Below the pieces are notes generated by a model that saw only the letters and a program-made list of their open reading frames with translations, was not told the origin of the DNA and did no database searches. Shown piece by piece: positions 1-11,467 of a DNA stretch of 64,000 bases. This DNA is from Lama glama (Eukaryota). Positions within the stretch are counted from its first letter, which is position 1; the number at the start of each line of letters is the position of its first letter. Both the position numbers and the translations under genes were made by a program. The stretch spans positions 50,160,001 through 50,224,000 of the forward strand of contig CM052817.1 of assembly GCA_028534125.1 (NCBI GenBank), written 5' to 3'.

Positions 1-39
1 AGTCTACCCCTTGATCCTTGGTGCCAAAGGTGGGGTGGG

Positions 40-45
<6 letters not shown>

Positions 46-100
<55 letters not shown>

Positions 101-178
101 CAATAAGGGAAAGGGAAAGAGAAAGAAGAAAAAGAAAAAGAAAAAGAAAAAGAAAAAGAAAAAGAAAAAGAAAAAGAG
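46..178. repeat. (GA)n microsatellite followed by (GAAAAA)n purine tract
   Basis: Directly visible: GA run ~46-98 and repeated GAAAAA units ~130-178. Confidence 0.95.
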
Positions 179-2266
179 ATTCTGTCCTAAGAGAAGGAGC
201 AAATTTGCAAGAGCATCTACTTCCTTTACGTGCACAGCCATCCCCTTTAGAGTGGGGCAAACGGGAAACAAATTATATCCTTGTCTACCAGATACTAATG
301 GAGCTTGCTGAAGTATCATTCTGAATAATTCTCTTCTAAGAGGAAGAAAATGCTCTAGCAGCTCCCTAGAGGCCTCAGAAGGCAGCAGGGGGCAGGAATG
401 TAGCCCCAGGTGTGGCTTCTCTTAACAAGGCAATTGCTGAGACACTTTGTCTGCAGAGTACAGATGAGCTCCACCAGGCTTGGACTAGGAGGGAACTAAC
501 ATTTCTTAAGTATCTACCATATGACATATTATGTGGCCATTTCCTTAAAGGTCTGCAAACCCATACTTAGAAATGTGGTATGTGATTCTGACACCTTTCT
601 GTTGGGAATGAGATCATAGGCACTTGGATGGAGGATCTGCTTTACAATGTGGAGTGTTAGTTAATAAATTTATTTATAAAAATGAAGTTATCAGTAAATT
701 ATACCAGGCATTTTCATATTGTATAAATATGAACTTTTAAAATAATGAACTCTGAACACTTAAAATCTGAATGATTAACACTAGGACTGGATTTTGCCTA
801 GTTATTTTACGTGGGTCTAACCACCTAGTCCACTGCGACTCATAAATTTCCTTTTCCCCTGTGACAGAGCTATTGCTAACTCACAGTGCCTCTGCATTAG
901 GTCTGCTCAGTCTCTTGCTCGCTCCCTCCTCACAGCTGGAACTGCAACAGATGGGGTTAGCCAAGGCAGAGAAAGAGATGAAATTAACACAGGTAATGAG
1001 CAGTGGTTTTACTGATGGAGGAATTTTAGTTCATTTGGGAAAATTCCAGACGCTCAAGACCTGCAGTAAGATAAATCAAAACCTAGTTTTGAAAAATAAA
1101 AGAGGTATAGCTGCAATGTAACATTTATCTAGAGCCAGCATCATGCTTAACACGGCATGAGGTCGTGGGGCAGCTTGGGTGTTGGCTGCTGTTTCTAGTT
1201 TGTTATATAAAATAAAAGCTTTTGGAACCACTTCATATTTTAATTGGTTCATATGGGCATCTAAAAAGTGCATTTAGTTAAGAGGATGCCACTTGTTCCT
1301 TAGAGGCTGACGGTTTCTATTTCTCTAGATCTACTTGGGAAGCAAGGGGGTAGGCTTATGTCACCTGTGACTTAAATGTCAAAAAGGAGCTAGTTGCTGT
1401 TTTCACAATGACTGGGGCACTGGTACTTTAATGTTCCTCGCAATCCTTCCTGCCCTTTGTTCCTTCCTTCCTTCTTCCCTCCTTCTCTTCTTCCTTCCTC
1501 TTTGTCTCCTTCCACAGTATTTGCTAGGTTTCTACTATTATTCTTGGTAGACACATCAATGAACAAAACAGACAAAAATCTCTGCACCTGGTACATTCTC
1601 AACAGGGAGATCTTCAACAAGATGAATTTGAATCTACATAGTATGTTTGATAAGTGACAGGAATTAAGGAGAAAACTAAACTGGAGGAGAAAGATCATGT
1701 GTATGGTTATCAGTTTCAGAGAGAGTGGTATAGAAGCCCTCATGAAGAAGGTGGCATCTGAGGAAAGATCTGAGGAGGTAAGTCATGCAGATTTCTATGG
1801 GAAGAACATTTTAGGAAGAGTGACCAGCAAGAGCAAGGGCCCTGAGGTATAGGAAGGTGCCTGGCATCTTTGAGAAATAGGAGCAAGTAGGCCAGTGTAA
1901 AGAAGATGGCACATAGAGAGATGAAGCCATAAAAGGATTGGGGTGCTGGATTGTGCAGGGCCTTGAGGTCTCTGTAAGGACTTTGGACTTTGCTCTAAGT
2001 GAGATGGGAAGTTGTTTGAGGGTTTTGAGCAGAGGAGTTACATGAACTGACTTCTGTCTTAAAGCGGTTGTTTAGGCTGCTCTTTTGACAATAGATAGGC
2101 AAGGGCACCAGCAGGGATGCTAGTCAGGAGGCTGTGTCAACCAGCTAACAAGATGTGATGGTGGCAGGGACCAGGTGGCAGCAGGGGAGGTTTAAGAATT
2201 AGTTGGATTCTGTATCTATTTTGAAAGTAGAGCTAATAAGATTTGCTAGTGGATTGCGTGTGGTGT

Positions 2267-2880
2267 TGAGGCGGGAAGCCCCATAAAAAGACCGGCAGGA
2301 CCCCTAGGCAGGGCCGCTGCTCTCCTCCCAGCACTGACCGGTTCCCTGGCCCAGAGGCTCTATCTCACTCTTTGCCTCTAAAGCAGCCAACTTACACCTA
2401 AAATTCTATTGGTTCCCTGAGTTCATTTCTGATTGGTTATTTCCTTCACTCCTGATCGGTTATTACTCTCACTTCTGATTGGTCCATTTGTAGTACTTCA
2501 TTTGCATGGAGCTCACTCCTGATTGGTTATTTCTCTCACTCCTGATTGGTCCATTCCCCTCACTCCTGATTGGTTATTTCTCTCACTCCCGATTGGTCTG
2601 TTTCTACAAAGCTTGTTCTTGGTTGGTCAACTTCTGTTATACTTTATTTGCATATGATGTTGCAAAGTGTAAAACTGGCAGCCTATAAAAGGCCTGTGTA
2701 AACCTACAGGCGGGGTCCAGAGCTTAAAGTGTTAACTCCTTTGGGCGTGCTGGAATAGTAAACCTGAGTTCTCCAACTCTCCAAGTGCTGCTTGGTCTCT
2801 CGCCCGGTTCCAGGTTGCTGTCACAACTGAGGTGTAACACCAAGCTGTAACACTGAACTATAACACATTTTTCTGCGACA
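2267..2880 (+). mobile_element. Solo LTR, ERV1-like, young, 614 bp
   Basis: TG...CA termini; 4-bp TSD GTGT (2263-2266 and 2881-2884); TATAAAA at 2684-2690; many CpGs retained; interrupts L2 cleanly. Confidence 0.9.
2405..2690 (+). promoter_or_regulatory. LTR U3 promoter: tandem inverted CCAAT boxes, two octamer motifs, TATA box
   Basis: ATTGG at 2408, 2432, 2478, 2522, 2545, 2569, 2592 (ATCGG variant at 2455); ATTTGCAT at 2500 and 2646; TATAAAA at 2684. Activity is not shown by sequence alone. Confidence 0.7.
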
Positions 2881-3814
2881 GTGTGAGAGAAAGAAGTCAA
2901 GCTGACTCCAAGATTTTGGGCCTGATTCTGAGATGGAGAAGACTGTAGGGTGAGCAGATTTTGGTTGGAACTAGTGAAAGTTTAGTTTTGGGCATGTTAC
3001 TTTTGAGATGTCTATTAGACATTCAAGTGGAGATGTCAAATAGCAGTTGTATTCACTAGACTAGTGTGCAGAGGAACAGCTCTGGATGGAGGCAGAGATT
3101 TGGTTCTTATTAGCACATAGATGGCATGAGTACCCACGAGGACCAAGGAAATCCTAAGATAGAAGAGCAAAAACTGAGCTGTTGGAAATTCCAAATTTAA
3201 AAGTTGGGGAAATGATGAGAAAATAGCACAAGAAACTGAGGGAAAACATCCTTAGAGGTAAGAGGGAGACCAGGGAAGTCTGGTGGCTTAGAAATGGCAT
3301 GAAGAAAGTATTTTAAAGCAGAGAAAGTGACCAATGGTATCAAATGTTGCTGAGAGTTCTGAGAATACTTCACCTGGATGGTCTTGGTGGCCTTACCAAG
3401 AGCAGTGTCAGTGGCGTGATGGAGGAGATACTTGGTTAAAGAGAAGTGTAAAGACAGGAAGGAAAGGGTTGAAAATAGTGCAGAGAACTCTTTCAAGGAA
3501 TTTTGCTACAAAGAGAAGAAGTACAGTAGCCAGAGAGAAAAGCTGAGTCAAAGTTTCCTTCCCTCCCCTCCCCCTCCTCCCCTTCTCCTCCCCTCCTTGC
3601 CCCTTTTATCTTTTTTATTTTCTTTTCTTCTAATCTTCTGATAAGACATTAAAGGAAAAATAAGTTTAAGGCCTCTAGAGTCCTTACAGCTTATAAATGT
3701 TTTAAAAAAAAACATTAAGCAATAGGAAGGATGAAAGAAAGATTGCAAGGGTGGGAGGAAGAAAGGAAGGAGGGAGAGGAGGAAGGGAGTCGAGGACAAA
3801 ATGTTTTAAATTTA

Positions 3815-3950
3815 GACACATTGGATCTAGTTCCAGTTCTGCTACTTCATTGCTGTGTTACCTTGGATATGAAATTTATCATCTCTAGGTCCTAGGAACC
3901 TCATCTATAAACCAGGAATAATTTCCACCCCCTAGGATTCCTATGGGGAA
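3815..3950 (+). mobile_element. MIR SINE relic
   Basis: MIR core-like: ctgctactt...gctgtgttaccttgg...cctcatctataaa...aataat. Confidence 0.65.
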
Positions 3951-6469
3951 GTTCTGCATGAGGCATAAAATACCAAGAGAAATGATAACATAGCCTCGGT
4001 AGGAAATGAAAAAGTATTTTGAAAATCAAGGGTAAATTGCAACAGATATTGACCTACATTTTACATTAAAAAAAGATTACTATGTTATATGTTAGGTTTA
4101 ACCAATATGGGTTATATTTTCTTTGATTATCCAAAAAAGTCATATATTAATGCAGCTAGTAGGTGCATAATTCTATGTTCTGCTCTAGGACCTAAATATT
4201 GGGAAAATGAAACATGAATACACAAAGATTTAAAATGAAAAGGAAATACAAAAATTTGCCATGTGGAATACAATAAGATAAATTTTTTCTATTACTGGTT
4301 TGCAAAATGCAATACAGGCAAAGGCATTACACCAATTTCTTCCAGAGTTATACATTGCCAGTGTAATACATTAAAAAAAATCGTTAAGTAGTCATTAGCA
4401 TTGTCTCATTTACCATGCACTTAGGTGGAGAAAGTCAATTGTTTTCCTAATTCTGGAATCCAGGCTGAGATACACAGTTCCACTTCTCCCAGAAGAGCTG
4501 GGATGAATTGGGACCACACAGGCGATATAATTCTAGTAACTTGTGTCCTGGAAATAGAAAGATTATCAAGTGAGAATAGAATTATGATTCTTAGAATAAT
4601 TTCTGCTTCTGCCAACAAACCTGCACAGTTAACAAAAATCTCATTCATAAGTATCCATAATAGAAAGGTGGAAGGCAGAGTATATCAGCCTTATCAGTGA
4701 AGTCCCTTGTAGCTTTTGGAAGAGTACGGCCCTGTGGACCAATGCACAGAATACTCACTGGACCACAAAGAATGTCCAGCCGAATGTAAACCTTGGTAGC
4801 TCAGAGATTTTTTAAAACGCAAGATACTCTTTTGTATGTTTTCATCACCTTTCAGAGCAGGGGTAGAAAACAACATTTACAATGAATTGTTAACATTGGG
4901 ATCATCAATTAGCAAGCTGTGAAAATGCCTAATTTTTCCACTGGAACCCCCACTTTTCTATCAAGCACCCCCTGTTACTCTTTCCTTGTTTCATCCCTCC
5001 CACCAGGGCACATACACTTCTTTTGCCCATCTGCTCCCATCACTCTTTCTCTTTTTCATTCTCCTAGACAGGTTTTTTTTTTTTTTTTGAGCTTTAGTGG
5101 TGAAGAATAGTTTCTGAGTTTGAAGGGTTGCATTGCAGCTCATTGTCCGCTGTTTTCTTAGTGCCTGGAACTCACACACTGCAGGCACTCAGTAAGTGCT
5201 ATTGAGTCACACAAAGGGCAACTAATGTTCCAGAGCCATCCTGATTCTCCCTTGGGGAGACTAAATTGGCCATGAGGTAGATCTTAGAGAAGCTCTGCAT
5301 ATGCAGCTAACGAAAGCTCACACAGCTGCTTTCATCAGTGCTGCTTTAGGAGAGTTATCGTGGTAAGTGGGCTTTTCAGATTTACAGCTCTAAAGTTGTT
5401 TTGTTCTTCAAAAACAGGAGAGCTGCTGTGGACTGAATTGTGTTCCCCCTTCCTCAAATCAATCCTGCTCGACAGCTGCCAGGGTCATTTTCCTCCAGCC
5501 CCACTTCCCTGGGCTCTGAATGTGCAGTGACTGTCTGGGTGGTTCCTGCTGGGGCTGGACTGAAACTAGCGGGACACCATTTTGTTCTTCCAGTTTTCTG
5601 CCTTTTCTATTCTGCATTTCCTCCCAGCGAGACACAATACAAAGAAGAAAGACACACACACACACACAAACACACACGCCACTTGCCGCAGCCCTAAGCC
5701 TCTAAACAGTTCTCCTGCCAGTGACGTTCTAATGAAATTGTCAAAAGTGTTTGCTTATGGCTGAATAGGATTCAAACAGGACTCCCTGCTGCATCTCATA
5801 AAGTCTTGTTTGGAAGATTGTACCTAATTATTGACCCATGGGAAGGCTTGAGATCACTTAGAAGTTTCAGGGATTTTACCAGTTACACAGAAGTCAAATA
5901 GGGCATGACAAACTGAGGCTGTATTACAAATGGCCTTTATAGTCTGCCCCTGTGTACGCCCCAGTGCCATAGAACGGCCACATGGAGTGGGAAACTTAGC
6001 TTGCAAATTTGTAAATTTCAGCTGGATAAAGAAACAGTTATCAGTCTCGGTGGCTGTCATGCTGCTTTTACTTCTCTGCCTTTGCCTCCAAGGAGGGCCA
6101 GACTCTCCTGAGGGGATCTGATGGTTTGGTCCTATTTTATCTTTCAAAACTTCTCCTTTCCATTAATTTTCATTTCAATAGATTCATGAGAAATTATGGC
6201 AGCCCTAATAACATGAGCATTAAAAAAAAATCCCATAACATCAAGGTTGCATATTTCCTACTGATTAGTGGTTTTTCTTGATTAAATTATGCATTTTTAA
6301 TACAAGTCCTTCATTTCTCAACAGTAACACATGGCAGAGTTATCCCTTGGTAGAGACCAAATGCGTTTATGGGTCCCTGTCCGGGCATATATGAAACTGC
6401 TTTGAACTTCAGGCTTCATGTATGAAAGAGATCCAAAATGCTTAATAAATGCTTCTGTTACAACCTCTC

Positions 6470-6620
6470 ACGTGAGATCTCAGAGGGGAAAGTAATCTTC
6501 TCATTGTTACGTTAGTGAAGGGAAATGAGACCTTGAAGGTGGGTGGCTTGCCCAAGGTCACTAAGGGACTCACCATCATACTAGCCAAGTAGCCTGGAGA
6601 TCCAAATCCCAGACTAGAGT
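6470..6620 (-). mobile_element. MIR SINE relic
   Basis: Antisense MIR core: ggaaatgagacc...ggcttgcccaaggtcac. Confidence 0.55.
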
Positions 6621-7351
6621 TATCTCCAAATAGATCCTATTTCCAGCTGGTTTAGCAACAATGTGGGTTGTCACTGTGGTGCACTTTTATTATTTGTTAG
6701 CACAAAGCACCCAAACATATCAATCATTTTATATTGGTTTCTAGAGTACAGTCAGTATCTTCTTTATGTTTCATGAGATGCTCAGGGAAATCGGCCAGAT
6801 TTTTTAACAGTTTATGGATAGGCAGACAGTGAATGGTACCTGAGGGCTTTCTTTCCTCTGGTTCTTCTGTTCTGAACTTCAGAATGCTACATGTTCAGAG
6901 TAAGTGCTGCACAAAGGATGGGATTTTCAGGATAATTTAGGGCAAGTTGTCATATGTCCTTTTTCTACTAGCAGAGATTTTCTCCTCCTAACTGGAGATC
7001 CAGACTTTTAACTTACTAATCTTAGGCTCTGTGCCCGAGGACAAGAGCTTGTCAGGGAATCTCTACATGCAGTGATTCTGGAAGAGGGTTGGGCCCAAGG
7101 TAGCCTCATTTGTCGTGCTGTGGTCTGGGATTACCTAATATTTGGTATCCTAAGGTTTAGTTGGAAGGAGGTAAATTAGGCTAACGTGGGAGACAGCACC
7201 CACTGACTCCAAATTTTTGGGATAGCCTTTAATTTGTCTCCCTGTATCCAACCTTGGCCCCACTGGTCTAAATTGTACTTCATAACCAATGTGATCTTTC
7301 TAAAATACGAGTCTTATTAAGCGATCCTCCTGATTCAATTTTCCTGCAGCT

Positions 7352-7770
7352 GTATTCTCTCTTAGGTTAATGCCAGGTTATGCTGTGTTAGCAAATTAAC
7401 TGCAAATCTCAGTGGCTTTACAAAATAAAGGTTTAAGTCATATTCATTCTGCATGTTCCCTGTGGTTCAGGAGTTTGGGGTAGATGCTCTGCCTTACAGT
7501 TTCTCAAGGATCCAGGCTGGCAGAGGCTCTGTCATGTAGATATCACTGGTTGCTACAGCCAGAGCAAAGATCATGTGAAGATGCCACACTGTGTTTCTAT
7601 GCTTCGGAGCAGAAATGTTATATATCACCCTGTCATAGCCCATTGGTCAGGACTAGTCATATGGACACCCACTCCATCCCCTTTAACTCTAAGGTATGAG
7701 AAGTATGTTCTTTCATGTGCTCAGGGGAAAGGAGAATGAATATTGGTGAATACTGGTTAGGTTTACCACA
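7352..7770 (-). mobile_element. Old MaLR LTR (MLT1-type)
   Basis: ggttatgctgtg...aaatctcagtggcttt...ccattggtcaggactagtcatatgg, typical of antisense MLT1. Confidence 0.65.
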
Positions 7771-8282
7771 TTCTCCATTGCCCTTATCATAGAGGCTGTT
7801 CATAATTTGCTTTAGCAATAGCTACTCTCTGCCCTCCCCACCCCTGCCCCCTGCCACCCCCACTTCTCATTTAAATCCATGCTGAACTTCTCACAGTTCC
7901 TGGAATGTACTATGCTATCTCACCCTTGTGTCTACATGTATTGTTTCCTTTGCCTAAAACACCTTTGCCAACTCTCTTGCACTCTTTATAATTCAGTTCT
8001 AGAACTGCTTCCTCTGGGTGTAAAGATTTTCCTGACTACCCCTCCTCCAGCTTGGGTTATTTAGCTATTCTCTTGATCTCCTATCACCTGGTGCTTAACA
8101 TCTGTGTAGTGTTTATAATTTGGCCCTCTGTTAGTCCATTGACTCACTTAGTCTTCCTCCTAGACTGTCGAGAGTTGTCTTGGGAGTGGAGACTGTACTT
8201 TACTTAAACTTGAATCCTTAGCATCCAACACTTGGCACATAGTAGGTGGTCAATAAATATCTATCGAGTGCATACATGAATC
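7770..8282 (+). mobile_element. L2 3' end relic
   Basis: Ends in the L2 terminus tggcacatagtaggtggtcaataaatat...atgaat. Confidence 0.7.
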
Positions 8283-8726
8283 ACAGACCTTGTATCTTTG
8301 TTAGTACGTCAAAATGAAGGGTTAGATTTGAAAGCTAGGAAATTAACAAAAAATCTGTACACAAGTATAATAATTAAAATCTTATTTTATGATGTTCACA
8401 TTTACACAATTGATCAGCCTCTTTTTAGAGGAATTTTTATATTTAACTTGGATAAAATTAGTGCTGTGAGAAGGGTTATATTATCTAGATAAGGATTTCT
8501 TTTTTCCCTTAGTAATAATATCTCCTTAAATCAGTTTACAATTTTGACATCTTTTACACCTGTGTTTTTTATTTGTTTGCTTGCTTATATGAATGTAAGA
8601 AACTGAAGCCTTTGATCACGTGTGAAGCTATGAGATACCATCATCTACAATTTTTCTTGAAATTCTCTAGGAAAGTTCATGCTGCTTATTATTCTGACTC
8701 TTGGTATGAGTCTTACCTTTTGCCTG

Positions 8727-9138
8727 TGTCATGGGTTGAACTGTGTTTGCTAATCCTTGGCAGGTATGAATGTGACCTTATTTGAAAACAGGACCTTTGC
8801 AGATGTAATTGATTTAAGATGAGGTCACACTGATTAGGGTTGGTCCTTGTAAGAGGAGAAGAATTGCTGGCTCACAAAGAGGATGCCATGTGGTGACAGA
8901 AGCAGGGGTCAGAGTGATGAAGCTCTGAGCCAGCAGATGTCAAGGATTGGTGGCCACCACCTAAAGCCAACAAAAGGCAAAGACTGATTCTACTCAGTGT
9001 CTCAGCAGTTAGCATGACACCACTGGCATCCAGATTTTGGACTTCCAGCCTGCATAACTGTGAGAAAATATGTTTCTGTTGTTTAAGGCATCCATTTTGT
9101 GGTATTTTGTGGTGGCAGCCCTAGGAAACAGATATAGC
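8727..9138 (+). mobile_element. MaLR solo LTR (MLT1B/C-like)
   Basis: tgtcatgggttgaactgtgt...gaatgtgaccttatttg...tttgcagatgtaatt...ggacttccagcct...gcagccctaggaaac. Confidence 0.85.
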
Positions 9139-9499
9139 CTCTTTCTAATTTTTTTCTGTAACACACAGAATATGTAGTACCACTCAAATTCAGGCTAGGC
9201 TTGCAAGCTAGCATACAAAATCAAAGCAACTTTATGAGCCAGTTAAGGGTTGACTGTACTCCTTTTTTTTCCAAAAGAGGCTGTTGTAAGCAAGCTGGGA
9301 AAGAGATGTTTGAGAACAGGAGAAACAATTAAAAAACAGTGACCCCTTAACTTGTAAGGCACCCTCAGGTCTGAGACAGCTGTTCTTGCCAGGGTAGCCC
9401 AGGATCAGCTGGCGCTGTGGAGAAAGCAGGAGTTATCCTGCTGGACTGAAGAGAACTTCTGGATGCCCAGGAGAACCGAGTGGTCAAAATTTTGCTAGT

Positions 9500-10007
9500 T
9501 GTAGTCAATTGACACTCAAGTCTCATGCTTACTCTTCTGTGCCTTCCTGTATTACACACGTTAGCAAGTTAAAAATACATTTTCAAGACTCTGTTGCAGC
9601 TGGGGTTCCAGAAGAAAATTATGTTCTGACAGGAGCATATACTCAAGAGAGATTTGGAAGGTGGAAGTGAGGCAGAGGTAATCCTGGTACCATTTCAGCT
9701 GGCAAGCGAGATCATGGAGGTGTGAGTGTCAGAAGGCAGCTGTAGTTCCTTGTTCAGTGTTTCAGAGTCTTGTCACGAGCTTTCTTTGTAGTGTCAGGAG
9801 AGAGTTGTGTAGGTGGCAATTTCTTGATTCCTGGGTGGAGTTTCAGCACTGCATTCCTAACTTCAAAATTTCCAGTGGTATCGCTCTGACTCTTGATACT
9901 CCAGCTTTTATTAGTGCTTTGTAAACATCTGATTCCCTGCGTTAAGTTCCAATCTGTTAAAAATACTAATACTAATACTGTTTCTTGGACTAAATTCTGA
10001 CTGATGG
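9500..10007 (+). mobile_element. ERV-L 5' LTR (LTR33-like)
   Basis: Starts with TG, contains aaaatacattttcaagactct...gcagc, ends ctgactgat; diverged homology to 17593-18100. Confidence 0.6.
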
Positions 10008-10375
10008 GAATTTGGATTGGTTATTTGACTTGGTTTGATTTAAAAGTACTGATATTTCTGGTATTATCAGGTAATTAGACCTTGAAAGTTGGTGGCATTC
10101 AGTGGCAAGAGTTCCTTGATTTATCACCTTGGGTCCCCAGGGATAGTGCCTATGCAACGCAGTCTTTGGAAGACTGAGGGGCTTCCATCAGAGACTCCTA
10201 TGATAGGAACAAGAAATGCAGAGACTGTAGGGTCATATGGTTGTGATTGGGAATTTTCTGTGGCTCCTCTAAGAAAATTTCTCAAAGTGAAGGCTGATAT
10301 AACTGCAATCTGATCTTATGAATTGCTAAATTATAAAAAATTTGAATTTACAGCTTTACTAAGTCTTTTTCCTTA

Positions 10376-10376
10376 G

Positions 10377-10407
<31 letters not shown>

Positions 10408-10440
10408 TCCTCCCTTCCTTCCTTCCTTCCTTCCTTCCTC
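10376..10440. repeat. (GCCT)n(CCTT)n compound tetranucleotide repeat
   Basis: Directly visible. Confidence 0.95.
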
Positions 10441-10816
10441 TCAGGCAATGATTGCAAAAGACCAGGACACTAAGATTGGAATGGGGGACATTTGAGTGGA
10501 CTTGAATGAATGTGAGTAGTCTGAGCATCCAGGCTCCTCTGTGCCTCACTTGCCATCAGGTCCAGCCTCTCCTTCCTGCCTCTGAGGCTGGTCTTGTTTT
10601 CAATGGACAACTTGTAATGATCTCTCCTGAGGCGATTACCTTAAAAGGCCATGTCAATGCTCCTCATACAGCATCCCTGCCATTCCTCATCACCTTGACA
10701 TAAGTCAATCTCAGCATAGTTCAGGGGCATTACAACATCTGATCCAGAGGAAAAGGCTTACACATGAAAAGAATTGCTATCAACAAAAGCCTGGAAAACA
10801 TGTGTGAGTTTCAAGC

Positions 10817-10880
10817 CCAACAACATGGGCTTGAACTGTGCGGGTCCACTTACATGTTAATTGTTTTCAATAGTAAAACT
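10817..10880 (+). mobile_element. Tigger2-like DNA transposon end fragment
   Basis: caacatgggcttgaactgtgcgggtccactta...ttttcaatagtaaa. Confidence 0.65.
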
Positions 10881-10999
10881 AAGTGCACTAGACAAGAGAG
10901 GAGAAAGTATATCTTTATACTGGGCTAAATTTAAGGATATGGGAGACTTAGAGTCTGAACTCAGTGTGCCAGCTCAAGGAGATAGAAATTGTTCTAACA

Positions 11000-11251
11000 C
11001 TCTGAATGGCCATCATCTGCTGCTTGAGCATTCAGGTTTAGAGGATCACTAGCTTCTCCCTTGATGTGATCAAGGCGTTGGGGTCCAAGTCTCACGGTGA
11101 CAGCATTATGATAAGCCAATAGTTGTAAGTGTCAACTTAGTATTTTACCAGAATCAATAGCTTTCTGGGCTTGGCCATGGACATTTTCTGTGAAACTTAC
11201 AGGAGGTCATTCTGTTGTACAGCATTAGTCTCGAACCAGTTAACCCTTATC
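11000..11251 (-). other. Non-ERV insert; candidate endogenous viral element from a Mononegavirales (bornavirus-like) L gene, pseudogenised
   Basis: ERV-L sequence stops at gttctaaca and resumes at ttttacttggttgattg. Minus-strand frames give LVRD*CCTTE*PPVSFTENVHGQAQKAIDSGKILS and then VDTYNYWLIIMLSP*DLDPNALITSREKLVI, collinear with the GY...WPP...DKA...R..W region of L proteins as recalled from memory. Not database-verified. Confidence 0.5.
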
Positions 11252-11373
11252 TTTTACTTGGTTGATTGACTAAACCCTGACCTCAGTGCTGGTGAACACC
11301 AAATAAAGTTGACTTGCCAAGTATTCTGTGGAGGAAGGAATGTGAAGACTTGGGGTGATGAGAATATTGAAAT

Positions 11374-11460
11374 ACGGTTGACCTCTGATCAACATGGGCC
11401 TGAACTATGCAGGTCCACTTACATGTGGATTTTTTCCAATAGTAAATACTAACAGTAAAA
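11374..11460 (+). mobile_element. Tigger2-like DNA transposon end fragment
   Basis: ta-cggttgacctctgatcaacatgggcctgaactatgcaggtccacttacatgtggattttttccaatagtaaatac. Confidence 0.75.
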
Positions 11461-11467
11461 TAGTAAA

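Larger units (their letters stand above)
1510..3540 (-). mobile_element. LINE-2 (L2) relic, split by an LTR at 2267-2880
   Basis: Typical antisense L2 phrases: gaacaaaacagacaaaaatc, gagggttttgagcagagga, gagatgtctattagacattcaagtggagatgtc. The L2 text reads through once the LTR is removed. Confidence 0.8.

Noticed and set aside
2405..2600. Regularly spaced repeats, superficially CRISPR-like
   Set aside because: These are head-to-tail ~23-bp units without unique spacers, inside a eukaryotic LTR, with no cas genes.
4700..4800. Possible small coding exon (LLEEYGPVDQCTEYSLDHKECPAECKP)
   Set aside because: Weak splice signals and no recognisable protein.
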